This document shows, piece by piece, positions 42,824 through 55,885 of a stretch of DNA of 64,000 nt (the stretch's first letter is position 1; every line of letters begins with the position of its first letter). Source of the DNA: an uncultured Acidimicrobiia bacterium. GTDB taxonomy: Bacteria > Acidobacteriota > Terriglobia > Versatilivoradales > Versatilivoraceae. The position numbers were made by a program, and so were the translations under genes. The notes beneath the pieces were generated by a model. The model made no database searches and was not told the origin of the DNA. It saw only the letters and a list, made by a program, of their open reading frames with translations. The DNA is taken from assembly GCA_963786955.1 (NCBI GenBank), contig CAWBAT010000006.1, positions 1 through 64,000 of the forward strand. Reading direction: 5' to 3'.

Positions 42824-45298
42824 ATGCGAATCAGTTTCCTTTGGCTTTTGCTATTGCCACTGTTCCTTCAGCCAGCTTTCGGCCGCTCCTGGCAGCTGGA
42901 ACCCTCTACCCTCAAGTCGGCCACAAAAATTCTGGACCGGGATCTCAGCGCGATCAATCCGAGCGCAAGGGTGCAAGTCGATCGGGATCATCAAGCCGAT
43001 TCTTATGAGGTGAATTTCCAAGTTCCGTCGGATCTTCCCTCCTTCCTGGTGGTGACCACTCAGGCTTCGAAGCGCGGCCGCCTCACCATCCATCTTCAGC
43101 CGGTTCAGCTTCCGAGGGAACTCGAATCGGCCATCCCCAAGGAAGACTGGGCAAATCCAGGCCGGCTCTTCGACTTTCGAACCGTGGTTGAACTGGAGGA
43201 AGTGGCTCTAAAGGAAGGATCACCCCAAGAGCATATCCTCAGTCTGAATCGGGACTTCTTCGAGGCGGTCACGCGGGCCAAGCGCCCTTACGATCTGAGG
43301 GGACTTCAAATCGGACGCATCGCCTTTCACCTCTCCGTGCCGGTCGAGACAGGGCAGAAATTCCAGGTTCTCCGGGTTCGCGGTTGGGGTTTGAGCGGAC
43401 CTGCGAAAATTGAATTCCTGGAAGGTCTGGCCCGTCGCATCTCGGAGCGATGGGCGGGGCTTCCCACTGATTCTCCGGTCCGCAAATATTGGGGACCCGC
43501 CGTCGAACAGGCAGGGAAACGCGTTCGACAGTTCAATTCAAGGATGCCAGACGATCGTTCCTGGTGGGCTCTCGAAGAAGAACTCGAAGAGTTGTTGCAC
43601 AAGAGCAGAATCTGGTCAGTGGAACCTCGCTTCAAAAAGGGTTATTGGATGGGGACCGCCTCGAGTCTGACCAGGATTTCCGGCCGCCACGAAAAGTACG
43701 GGATTCCCGGCGGGCTTGCGAAAGATGTTGAACTGGAAATGGCTAAAAACGAATTCGAGAGTTTCCAAATCGTGCTTCTGGCGCCACTTGGCGCGGTTGG
43801 AGGGTTTCGTTTCAAAGCGTCGGATCTGCGCACCGAGGATGGATCCCAGACGATTGATTCGCACAACTTCAACTTTTATGAGCAGATTGAGCAATTCATC
43901 CAACCCAGCCCCGGCACGGCTCAGTCGCAGGTGGGCTGGCTGCCGGATGCCTTGATGCCTCTTGAAGAGCCGATTTCACTTTCAGCCGGAGAGATCAAGC
44001 CGATCTGGGTGAGTTTGAAGGTGCCAGAGGATGCCGGAGCGGGACAATACAGCGGGCGGATCACCCTCAGCGCCGATACAGAGGCACCTGTCAGCCTCAC
44101 CGTCAAACTGAAGGTTCATGATTTCGAGATTCCCCGGACCGGAAGATTTCGTACCCAAGGTCATCTCGACCTCCAAGGTTTGACTGAATGGTACCAAGAT
44201 AAGGACAGCCAGCGAATCAGGAAGGATTTCTATCGTTTGCTGCTCGAGCACCGATTCTCTCCCACCAGCGAATACAGTGCCCGGCTTTCTCCCGAGCTGG
44301 AAGATATTGGGTGGGCTTTGCAATCCGGCGCCAACGTGCTTCTGATTGGAGGATTCTCAAGCGGACCGCTCGATCCGGACATCATCGGCCCGGCTTATCA
44401 GTGGTTGGTCGAGAATGGATGCGTCGACCGGGCGATCATCTATATCGGGGATGAGACCGATGACTTCAAGGCAGTGCGCGAAAAGGCCGTCGCGATTCGC
44501 AGACAATGGCCCAAACTCCGGATCATGGTTGGGGGAAGCAAGCCGCGCGAGGAGCTGATCGGGTATGTGGATGTCTGGGATCCCATCACCTTCGGAGGGT
44601 TGACGTACAACTTCGACCCGGAATCCGTCCGGCAGGCCGTGGAGCGTGGAGAAGAGGTTTTCTGGTACACCTGCGTCGGGCCGCGGTCGCCATTCGCGAA
44701 CATTTACAATGATCATCCGTTGACGGCGATCCGGGCGCTTTGGTGGCAGGCTTGGAAATACGGCATTACGGGTTTCGAGTACTGGTGGTTCAACTGGTGG
44801 CGCCCAAACCTGGCGCTGAGCCAAGGGAGCCAGCCCTGGCCGCTGGGAAACCGGTCGAAGTGGGACAGCCGGAGCTATGATTGGGCCAATGGCGACGGGC
44901 TATTGGTCTATCCCGGCCCGAACGGGCGGCCCCTGGCCAGCCTCCGACTGAGCGTTTTGCGCGACGCCATGGAAGATTGGGAGGTTTTATTCCTACTGCA
45001 GCGCGCCGTTGAAAAAGCAACCGCTGAGCCAGCTGGCATCTTAGCTTCCCTCATCCGCGATGCCACCGAACTGCTTCGCGTGCCCTCGGAGATCACCACG
45101 GATCTGGCCCACTGGAGCGAGGATCCCAGAATCTACCTAGCTTATCGGCACAAGGCCTACCATCTTCTGGACGGATTCCGCGCCTCGATTGGCGGCGAGA
45201 AATTCGACCACTACGTCCAGGACTGGGAATCCAAGCGGAAGGCGTTTCTCCAGGAGAGCTTCGAAAAGAGAGTCGAAAATATTCGGGCCTCTCAATGA
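42824..45298 (+). CDS. Secreted DUF4091 / GH123-like glycoside hydrolase
   Basis: Signal peptide, AKNEFESFQI, WLPDALMP, YIGDE, FWYTC, GFEYW and NGDGLLVYPG..S.RL..LRDAMED. Confidence 0.8.
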   Translation: MRISFLWLLLLPLFLQPAFGRSWQLEPSTLKSATKILDRDLSAINPSARVQVDRDHQADSYEVNFQVPSDLPSFLVVTTQASKRGRLTIHLQPVQLPRELESAIPKEDWANPGRLFDFRTVVELEEVALKEGSPQEHILSLNRDFFEAVTRAKRPYDLRGLQIGRIAFHLSVPVETGQKFQVLRVRGWGLSGPAKIEFLEGLARRISERWAGLPTDSPVRKYWGPAVEQAGKRVRQFNSRMPDDRSWWALEEELEELLHKSRIWSVEPRFKKGYWMGTASSLTRISGRHEKYGIPGGLAKDVELEMAKNEFESFQIVLLAPLGAVGGFRFKASDLRTEDGSQTIDSHNFNFYEQIEQFIQPSPGTAQSQVGWLPDALMPLEEPISLSAGEIKPIWVSLKVPEDAGAGQYSGRITLSADTEAPVSLTVKLKVHDFEIPRTGRFRTQGHLDLQGLTEWYQDKDSQRIRKDFYRLLLEHRFSPTSEYSARLSPELEDIGWALQSGANVLLIGGFSSGPLDPDIIGPAYQWLVENGCVDRAIIYIGDETDDFKAVREKAVAIRRQWPKLRIMVGGSKPREELIGYVDVWDPITFGGLTYNFDPESVRQAVERGEEVFWYTCVGPRSPFANIYNDHPLTAIRALWWQAWKYGITGFEYWWFNWWRPNLALSQGSQPWPLGNRSKWDSRSYDWANGDGLLVYPGPNGRPLASLRLSVLRDAMEDWEVLFLLQRAVEKATAEPAGILASLIRDATELLRVPSEITTDLAHWSEDPRIYLAYRHKAYHLLDGFRASIGGEKFDHYVQDWESKRKAFLQESFEKRVENIRASQ

Positions 45299-45402
45299 TA
45301 ACCCATCTGGTAAGGATGAAGGATAAATGGCAGAGGTTAAGGGCTGAACAGTGATAGCAATGTTTAGACCTAAACCCATTTTTACCGACCCCAGTTTCCG
45401 CT

Positions 45403-46097
45403 TCAAGGTTTGACAAAGAAGGGAATGTTTGCGGTGGCGGCATTACCCTGACTATCGAACACGTAGAAGAATACACGGTAGGGCCATGGCATGCCGGGGG
45501 CAGTGAAGATTAGCTGGTGGCCGCCGGCTTTCTGGATGAGCTCCCGTATGGACGCGGGCCGCCGTTCACCTGCTCCGGCATATCCGCCCCGTGGCACTTC
45601 GGGAACGATCTCCCATTGGAACGTCAACCGGTCGCCTTCAGGGTCTTCGGCTTTCAATGTGGCAGTGTGCAGACTGCCAGGTTTCAAATAGACGTTGTCG
45701 CGGGCGGCCTGTCCGCCGATGCGGAAATCCTCGATGCGCGGCGCCCGGTTGGCGGGCAATTGGCCCGTCCACAGGTACTGCATCACGTTCACTGCCTCGG
45801 TCCGCTCGCCCGATTCCAGGAAAATGCCGTACCAGGTAAGCGTCCGCTCGCGCCGCGACTGCCAAGGGTGACGGTGATGCCAAGGCGTTGGGCCTCATCC
45901 AACATCCGCCGGAAAAAGACACCGGTGCGGATAGAATTACCTCCGCACGCCACGAGGTCCTTCAGAGGAAACTTGCCGGTCGGATCCGTCCAGTAACCGG
46001 CCCCTTTAATGTAGTAGGGAAGGCCGCCGCGGTACAGCCGGATTGTGGATCTTTTCAATGGCTTGTTTCGTCCTTGCGCCCATAAGAATCTGCGTCA
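45403..46097 (-). pseudogene. GH2-like TIM-barrel glycoside hydrolase with large internal deletion
   Basis: The N-part (GLPYYIKGAG...GGNSIRT...LDEAQRLGITVTLG) joins directly, with a frame change, to the C-part (WQSRRERTLTWYGIF...EAVNVMQYLWTG...ATANIPF). Confidence 0.65.
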
Positions 46098-46260
46098 TAA
46101 GGTGCCGAGATAAATGGTGATGTGAATTCAATGATATGAAATCCCTGTCGGTTGTCAATTGATTTAGCGATCGTCTGGAGGAAGAAATCGCGGTGATAGA
46201 GGTCATACAAGCTCTATGCCTTTTTTCAGTTGAAAGGGGCACAGGTTTTGGGATTCGGCA

Positions 46261-48677
<2,417 letters not shown>

Positions 48678-49223
48678 AGGTTCCTGGATCTTCTTTCCGG
48701 TTGTTACCTTTTTTCACGATCTGGCTGGTTCCTTCACTCATTCCTGTTATCCTCAAGCAGCTCCTGCCCAGGCACACCATACGTACCCTAAGGGATAAGC
48801 CGCGGCTTTGTTTTTCCTGATAAATATAGAAGTGGGGCTGTTCTGCTTGTGTGTCAACGAGATCCTTTTCGTGGGTTTATCATTCTCGGTGAGGGTTGGT
48901 CATAATGCCAAGCAACAAAAATACCCGATTCCCGCTTTCTCGATACTCAATTGAAACCCGGCAAGCACCAATGTCCGGAAAAAAGGCACAACAATCCGCG
49001 CAGTTCCTTTTTTTGCGCCAATAGCCCGCCTTTTCAGGTCATTTGAAGTATATCAAATCGCGGGCTTTTTTTCCTTAGCTTTTCGAGGCTTGGTTCAAAC
49101 GTGGAACAGGTTCATGGCTGGTTGAATAGCGGGCCCAAAGTCCGCCAGTTTTTCAATTTATGCAAGAGTCCCAGGTGGGTTCAGGGAAGTCTTTTTGTCG
49201 AGCCTTCCATGAAGGAAAAAGCA

Positions 49224-49907
49224 TCAGGGTTTCAAATAAGGTTCGATAATGCTCTTCCAGAGATGATAGCCTTCAGGCCCAAGGTGAAGCTGATCTTCAC
49301 TGAGAAGCTCCGGACGAGGCTTTCCTTCCGGGGAGAGCATTTTGCTGTAGCTGTCGATGAATACCATCCATTCCTCATCATCCAGGTAATCCCGAATGAG
49401 CTGGTTAGTTTTCCGAATTTGGTCGTCCAGATGCCATCGGGCGATGGTGGGATTAATCGACACATAGGCCAGACGGGTTTGAGGAAGTTTTTCGTGGATC
49501 AATGTGGAAAGCACCACAAATGTCTCCAAGACTTCCTCAGGAGCCCTTCCATCCGCGATATCATTGCCGCCGATGAAGAGCACAATGAGCCTGGGCTTGT
49601 AGGGCAAAATGATCCGATCCGCATAGTACAGGACTTCCCTGATGAGAGCGCCGCCAAACCCGCGGTTGATCACGGGAAGGCCGGGAAAATCTTCCGCCAG
49701 AGTTTTCCAGAGCCGGATGGAGCTGCTCCCGACAAAAAGAATGCCTCCTGTCGGGGGGAATGATTTCTGGTCGGATGCTTCAAAGGCACGAATCTCCTCG
49801 GTAAAGCGAGGGGGCGCAGATTCCGCAGCTCCCAACCCTCCGTGCTTTAGGAGCAGACAGAGAACAAATATAATCAGGATTCTGATGGCATGTTTAGGAT
49901 TTTTCAT
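49224..49907 (-). CDS. GDSL/SGNH family hydrolase with signal peptide
   Basis: FVGSSSI, INRGFGG, GGND and DQLH blocks. Confidence 0.9.
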   Translation of the reverse strand: MKNPKHAIRILIIFVLCLLLKHGGLGAAESAPPRFTEEIRAFEASDQKSFPPTGGILFVGSSSIRLWKTLAEDFPGLPVINRGFGGALIREVLYYADRIILPYKPRLIVLFIGGNDIADGRAPEEVLETFVVLSTLIHEKLPQTRLAYVSINPTIARWHLDDQIRKTNQLIRDYLDDEEWMVFIDSYSKMLSPEGKPRPELLSEDQLHLGPEGYHLWKSIIEPYLKP

Positions 49908-49957
49908 CGGCCTTGGATTCGCCTCCCCTTCTGAAGATTATTGCCGATCCAGTCCGC

Positions 49958-51570
49958 TTAGCGCAAGCATTTGGCAGCATGGCGAAGTTTTCCCAAAGCT
50001 TCTTTTTCTATTTGCCGAATGCGTTCCCGGGTGAGCATGAACTGATTCCCTATTTCTTCCAAGGTATACTCACTGCCGTCCACAAAACCATACCGCAGGC
50101 ATAGAATCTGCTTTTCCCTTTCTGACAGCTCTTCCAGCAGGTTCCGGCATTTGGCGTGAAAGTCGCGCGCAATAGTAATCTCCGAGGGATTGGATAAATT
50201 TTCATCCGACAAAAGGTTGAGCCGCTGCAATTCTCGCGGTCCTGCGGGCGAATCCAGAGAAAGCGTCTCTTGAGAAGTGCGCAAGACCGTGAGCACTTTC
50301 TCGACTGAAAGGCGGCTTTCCCGGGCAATCTCATCCGGCAGGGGATCGCGGCGCAATTGCTCTACCAACCCCCTTCGCACCCGGGCCAATTTTTGAGCCG
50401 CCAGGGAAAGGTGCTCGGGGACGCGCACGGTCTTCCCCTGCGCAAAAATCCCGCGAGTAATCGATTGGCGAATCCACCAGGTGGCGTAAGTTGAGAATTT
50501 GATGTTCCGGCTGATATCAAATTTATCCACCGCCCGCATCAAGCCCAAATTGCCTTCTTGAATCAAATCAAGAAAATTCAGGCTGTGGTGGTGGTATTTT
50601 TTTGCAATGGATACCACCAATCGCAAGTTGGCCTCCACGATTTCATTGTGAAGAAGTTGCTTTCTCTCCTCCAATTTGGCAAAGATCCTCAAAGCCCGGC
50701 TGACGTATTGGGGCGACACGCCCCATGCTTTCTGAAATTCACAAAGCTGTTGTTCCGCCTTTTGGATGGCAGCAGAGAGAATCGCCAGGGCTGGTGGTTT
50801 TCGTCCGCGAGTCTTTTGATTTCGGAACTCTCGCAAGGATCTTAGTATATATTCCGCATTGCGGCTCTGCACTTGCATCTTCTTGACCAGCAAATCAAAA
50901 ACCTTAGGGGCCGGCGGGTATTCAAACCATAGTTTTCTTGAATCTTCGCGAATCCGCCGAATTTTCACCCCCTCCGGATTCGACTTTGAAGTGTCGGAAA
51001 AATTCGCCAACTCTTCCACCTTGGCTAATAAGAATTTCGCCCGCCGTCGCCAAAGAACCAGAGCTTCTCTTTGCCGCGCCCCCTGTTGACCAGCTTCATA
51101 TTCCTTTTTTAATTCGAACAACTCCAAGGTCCCTGCCTCTGCCATTTCGTGCAGAATATTTCGCCAGATTTGGATGGACAGGGGAATTGCCGCCAGCAAT
51201 TTATCCTGCCGGATTTTAGCCCGATTCAGACGGGAAAAAGAGAAATTTCCCTGGGACGATTCAATAGGGAAACTTGGCCCATTTCATGAAAGTACTGCGA
51301 TAGCGGGTCGACACCGGGAGTTATCTCCTCTGCTTCTTCCCGAAAGGATTCGCCTAACCAAGAAGAAGCTGGCGAATCCATCCTGGAATCTTCCTCTTCA
51401 AATCGGTTGAGGATGGATTCTTTCCAATCCGCGGATTCCACCTCCGATTCCAGAGGTCCCGAATCGTCCTCACGATCTTGATCTCCCCCATTTAGAGAGA
51501 ATCGATCCATCTCGAGGCAAACCTCATCATTGAGTTGGATTTTTGCGATCATGTTATCTCTCTCAATCAT
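49958..51570 (-). CDS. RpoD-like sigma-70 factor, probably non-primary (frameshift near 51235)
   Basis: Region 1.2 [11 protein letters not shown]; region 2 [42 protein letters not shown]; region 4 [17 protein letters not shown]. Confidence 0.9.
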
Positions 51571-51679
51571 TCACCAGTTGACCAGCGTTCTTAGTTGTCG
51601 TCGTCTTATGATTATAGCCAAAAAATCAGAGCTTAATTCTGTCTCATAGAAACTTTATCTTAATCATTTTGGAAAGGGG

Positions 51680-51735
51680 AAAAAATCAGGGAATACCTGA
51701 TTTTTTGGCGGGGGTGTCAGAGAAAACCTGACACC
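51680..51735. promoter_or_regulatory. Two tandem palindromic operator-like sites TCAG-N7-CTGA
   Basis: aaaaaaTCAGGgaataCCTGAtttttt (core 51686-51700) and ggtgTCAGagaaaacCTGAcacc (core 51717-51731), 31 bp apart, upstream of the sigma gene. Confidence 0.6.
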
Positions 51736-51809
51736 GTAAGGCGCCGATGGGCGAATGTGCCAGAACAGCTTCAGCTAGGGGGTCAATTTGTTTCTGCGTA
51801 CCGATAAAT

Positions 51810-52508
51810 TTAAGGAAATTTGTGTTTGGAGTTTGCTTCTTGGAGCAAGTTATGGCGCATGGCAAAAGTGATCAGTTCCGCGCGGTTGGTTAGTCCCAGC
51901 TTTTCCATGGCACGAGCCCGATAGGTTTCCACCGTTTTAACACTAAGAAAGAGAGAATCGGCAATCTCCCGATTGGTCCTGCCCAGGATCACTCCTTTCA
52001 TCACCTGGTGTTCCCGATCACTCAATTGTTCCCATAGATTTTCCGGGGCGTGTTTTTTTTGCGGAAGAAAGTCCTTCATGAGGTGATGGGTCAAGGTGGG
52101 ATCCACGAAAATTTCCCCTCGAACCATTGCGTGAATGGCCGTAATCAGTGTCTCGCTATTGCTGCTCTTTAAAACGTATCCCCGTGCTCCAGCATGCAAA
52201 GTTTCACGAAGGAGATTGGGCTCATCATACATGGACATAATCAAAATCGGGACCGAGGGGTATCGCAGAGCCAGAGTCTCAATGGCCATGATATCGATTT
52301 TAGGCATAGCCAGATCTGTAATAATCAGCTCAGGACGGAATCTTTCAGCCAATTCGAGAAGATTCTCTGTGGTATTAGCCTCGGCGATCACTCTCATGTC
52401 CAGTTGCTTTTCCACAATCATTCGCAAACCAGTGCGCAAGATCGCATGATCATCGGCGATTAGCACCTTCACACGATGTGAGTTTTCGCTTGCGGCAGGA
52501 TGTCTCAT
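51810..52508 (-). CDS. NarL/FixJ family response regulator (REC + LuxR HTH)
   Basis: LIADDH, TDLAMP phospho-Asp, GYVLK and LSDRE...TNREIA..LFLSVKTVETYR. Confidence 0.95.
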   Translation of the reverse strand: MRHPAASENSHRVKVLIADDHAILRTGLRMIVEKQLDMRVIAEANTTENLLELAERFRPELIITDLAMPKIDIMAIETLALRYPSVPILIMSMYDEPNLLRETLHAGARGYVLKSSNSETLITAIHAMVRGEIFVDPTLTHHLMKDFLPQKKHAPENLWEQLSDREHQVMKGVILGRTNREIADSLFLSVKTVETYRARAMEKLGLTNRAELITFAMRHNLLQEANSKHKFP

Positions 52509-52889
52509 GCTTTTTCCCAGAAAATGAGTCCCTTCGGTTCTTTAAATGTATGCCAATGGAATCTCATTCATTCTTTTCCCTTCCTCTTCCGTGAGCCTTT
52601 GAAATTAGCAAGGGAAAAGGGCAAGATTCCCTGAGCCGAGAGGGTCTACTTTTTTAAACTGGATTTTCACCTCAATTTTGACGATCTCCACAATTTGGGA
52701 AGGAGACCGCCTTCATATCTGCACAGATCATCACTCAATTTTAGGCACAAAGTATATGTGCCAAACCATTTGTTTTCCTCCTAAACAAAATGCAGTGAAA
52801 ACCAAAGGATCCTGGGGATCCAGGTTGGCCTGCAAGTGCACAACATGGTGTTTGAACAATTTGAGTGGTCTGCGAATCACCCTATAAAT

Positions 52890-53329
52890 CGCATGGGAGT
52901 TTCTTGATACCCCGTCCTGCTCCCTACTACCGGGCGATCAATGCCGCGATCCATGCCAGCACCACCTGGAAGACGTTCAAGCATTGCGACGGCAGCATCC
53001 ACGAGCTGATCCCCGAGTTCATCGCGGACGGCTTCGACATCCTCAACCCCGTCCAGACGTCCGCAGCGCACATGGATGCGCTCACCCTCAAGAAGGAGTT
53101 CGGAGCCAACCTCGTCTTCTGGGGCGGCGGGATCGAGACGCAGTCGACCCTCCCGTTCGGAACTCCCGACGAGGTCTACCGGGAAGTCCGGGAGCGCATC
53201 GACATCTTCAACGACGGCGGTGGCTTCGTCTTCGCCGCGATCCACAACATCCAGCCCAACACGCCGGTTCTGAATCTATTGGCGATGATCCGCGCGTTGC
53301 GCGACAGCCGAGAGGCTTCAGGGTGGTAG
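52890..53329 (+). pseudogene. 5'-truncated uroporphyrinogen decarboxylase-family (cobamide methyltransferase-like) fragment
   Basis: KHCDGSI..LIPEFI..G.DILNPVQ, FWGGG.ETQ.TLPFGTP and GGFVFAAIHNIQ; only the C-terminal part is present and there is no proper start. Confidence 0.75.
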
Positions 53330-53503
53330 GGCGCCACCCGAACCGGCCGACGGGGTCATCGAGCAAAGCCTAGATGACCCGTTTCCCGACACTGCGATGA
53401 ACATTTCGAAATAGTCCCATCCTTCTGAGCCAATGGGAGGTATACTGCCTCGGTACGGGAAGACCGCCCCCAATCTGGCGGGGATCCGTTCTGAGGAGGC
53501 TAT

Positions 53504-55744
53504 ATGTCGTCATACACTATCGCGCAATCGGCGCTTTGTTCCTTGCTGATCGCTGAGCTCCTGCTGGCCGCTCCCCCTGGCAAAGTCGACTTTGCCAGCG
53601 ACGTGCAGCCCATCCTGCGCCAGAACTGCGTCGGCTGCCACGGACCCACACAACAGATCAGCGGACTGCGCCTTGACCGCAAGAGCTCGGTTCTCGGCCG
53701 TAGAGGCGTTGTCCCCGGCAGTTCCGCCAACAGCTTTCTGTTCCACCGCGTCTCCGGTAACGCCTATGGCATGCAGATGCCGCCCACTGGCCCGCTACGG
53801 CCGGAACTGATCGAGACGATCAAAACCTGGATCGACCAGGGCGCCGACTGGCCCGATTCCCTCGCCAACGAAGCCGACCTCCCGCCGTTAAATCCCAAGG
53901 CGGTCGCCATGGTCGAAGCGTTGCGCACCGGTGACCAGGGCGCGTTTTCCAAATCCGTCGCCGAGGATGCGAAGCTCCTCAACGCGCGCGGACCTGAGGG
54001 CTCAACTCCGTTCATGTACGCGGTGCTCTACAGCGATGCAGCAACTCTGAAGCGGCTCCTGAAGCAGGGCGCCGATCCGAACAAACGCAACGATGAGAAC
54101 GCTTCCGCCCTCTTGTGGGCCGCCTCTGACCTCCCAAAAACACGCCTCCTTCTCAAGCACGGGGCGGACGTGAACACGCGATCGAACGACCTCCGCACAC
54201 CGCTCATGATCGCCGCACGCCGCCCAGGCAACGTGGCAACCGTCAAACTTCTGCTCGAGCACGGCGCCAATCCGAATCCCAACAAGAATCCCGCGACCGA
54301 ATCGTCGCCTCTGGTCGAGGCGGCCACCGCGGGTGACGCCGCTACTATCGAGCTGCTGCTCGTCCGGGGCGCCGATGCGAAAGCCGCCACGCAGCCTGCA
54401 CTCACGAACGCGATCAGCATTCAATGCTCGAAGTGCGTCTCCCTTCTGCTGGCGAAGGACCTTGATAAGGCGGCTATCAGCATGGTCCTCCCGGACATCG
54501 CAGTTCTCGGCGACGCCGGCGCCGTCCGGCAGTTGCTCGACCGCGGCGCAAACGTCAACGCCTTCGACGGACTCGGCCGCACACCGCTGATGTATGCCGC
54601 CGCCTCCGATCTCTTAGCTCTCGATGTTGTCAAACTGCTGATCGATCGCGGCGCCGACGTGAACGCCAGCGACCGTCATCCGGACGGCGGCGATTCCGGT
54701 CTCACGGCGCTCGACATCGCAAGGCTTCACGGTGACACGCCGATCGTCCAACTGCTCCTGAAATCCGGAGCGAAGAGCTCGTCCCCGAAGTCCCCGGTTC
54801 TGAAAGCGCGCCAGGAGAACTCGATCCAAAGCGCGGTCCAGGGGGGCCTTCCCTTGCTGCAACGGGCCGACGCCAATTTCGTTCCGAAGGCGGCCTGCGT
54901 CTCCTGCCACAACAACAGCCTCGCGGCAATGGCGGTCGCTGGCGCGCGCAAGAACGGATTCCAAGTGGACGAGAAGACCGCCACACAGCAAGTCAAGGCC
55001 AATGCCTTCGGTCTCGAAAAGATGCGCGAGAAGATGCACCAGGGCTTCTTCGTTCCCGTGGGAGATGTCTTCGGCCCGGTGGTGGTGAGCTACATTCTGG
55101 TGGGCCTCAACGCCGAGCGCTATCCGGCCGATCTCAATACCGACGCGGTCGCCATGTATCTGAAGTCGCGCCAATCGCCTGAGGGCCAGTGGGCGTATCC
55201 ACCCGCCGATAACCGGCCTCCGATCTGCTCGGACTCTATCGGTCAGACTGCGCTTTCGATGCGCGCGCTCCAGCTCTATGCGCCCAAGACAGACAAGGCG
55301 GCCTACGACGACGCAATCCAACGCGCGGGGGCGTGGATGGCGAAGGCGCGCCCGAGGGTCACCGACGATCGCAGTTGGCGCCTGCTCGGCCTCGCCTGGG
55401 CTGCTAAGGATAAGAGCGCGACACAGGACGCCATGAGCGAGCTGCTCGCGATTCAGCGAGCCGACGGCGGCTGGAGCGACATCGATACGATGGACAGCAG
55501 CGCCTACGCTACCGGGAAGGCTCTGTACGCTCTAAAAATCGCTGGAGTAGCCCAATCGGATGCAGCCTATGCGCGCGGGGTCAAGTACCTCCTGAGTACG
55601 CAGCAGGAGGACGGTTCGTGGTTCGTAAAGAGCCGTGCGATGACCCTCCAACCTTACTTTGACGCAGGCTTCCCGCACGGTTTCGACCAGTGGATTTCCG
55701 CTGCCGGTTCCAGTTGGGCAACACTGGCGCTGTTGCAAAAGTAG
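53504..55744 (+). CDS. Secreted cytochrome c (planctomycete-type) + ankyrin repeats + prenyltransferase/squalene cyclase-like barrel
   Basis: GAGGAGG SD and signal peptide; VDFASDVQPIL..NCVGCHG; multiple TPLM.AA ankyrin repeats; second CVSCH; QW-like repeats (QSPEGQW, QRADGGW, QQEDGSW). Confidence 0.88.
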   Translation: MSSYTIAQSALCSLLIAELLLAAPPGKVDFASDVQPILRQNCVGCHGPTQQISGLRLDRKSSVLGRRGVVPGSSANSFLFHRVSGNAYGMQMPPTGPLRPELIETIKTWIDQGADWPDSLANEADLPPLNPKAVAMVEALRTGDQGAFSKSVAEDAKLLNARGPEGSTPFMYAVLYSDAATLKRLLKQGADPNKRNDENASALLWAASDLPKTRLLLKHGADVNTRSNDLRTPLMIAARRPGNVATVKLLLEHGANPNPNKNPATESSPLVEAATAGDAATIELLLVRGADAKAATQPALTNAISIQCSKCVSLLLAKDLDKAAISMVLPDIAVLGDAGAVRQLLDRGANVNAFDGLGRTPLMYAAASDLLALDVVKLLIDRGADVNASDRHPDGGDSGLTALDIARLHGDTPIVQLLLKSGAKSSSPKSPVLKARQENSIQSAVQGGLPLLQRADANFVPKAACVSCHNNSLAAMAVAGARKNGFQVDEKTATQQVKANAFGLEKMREKMHQGFFVPVGDVFGPVVVSYILVGLNAERYPADLNTDAVAMYLKSRQSPEGQWAYPPADNRPPICSDSIGQTALSMRALQLYAPKTDKAAYDDAIQRAGAWMAKARPRVTDDRSWRLLGLAWAAKDKSATQDAMSELLAIQRADGGWSDIDTMDSSAYATGKALYALKIAGVAQSDAAYARGVKYLLSTQQEDGSWFVKSRAMTLQPYFDAGFPHGFDQWISAAGSSWATLALLQK

Positions 55745-55885
55745 CCCGTACCGGAGCACGCTCTCGAGCGCCGACTTCGGCGGCCAGCACGGACCCCTCA
55801 GCGTCAGCTATCTCTCCAGACTAAACAAGCAGGGAGGCAGGGAGTCTGCTGCTTCCCAAGCTACATCTGCTTTGACCCTCAATTC

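Noticed and set aside
48690-49220. oriC or dnaA-dnaN-recF/rpmH context upstream of gyrB
   Set aside because: I saw no such ORFs and no cluster of TTATCCACA DnaA boxes.
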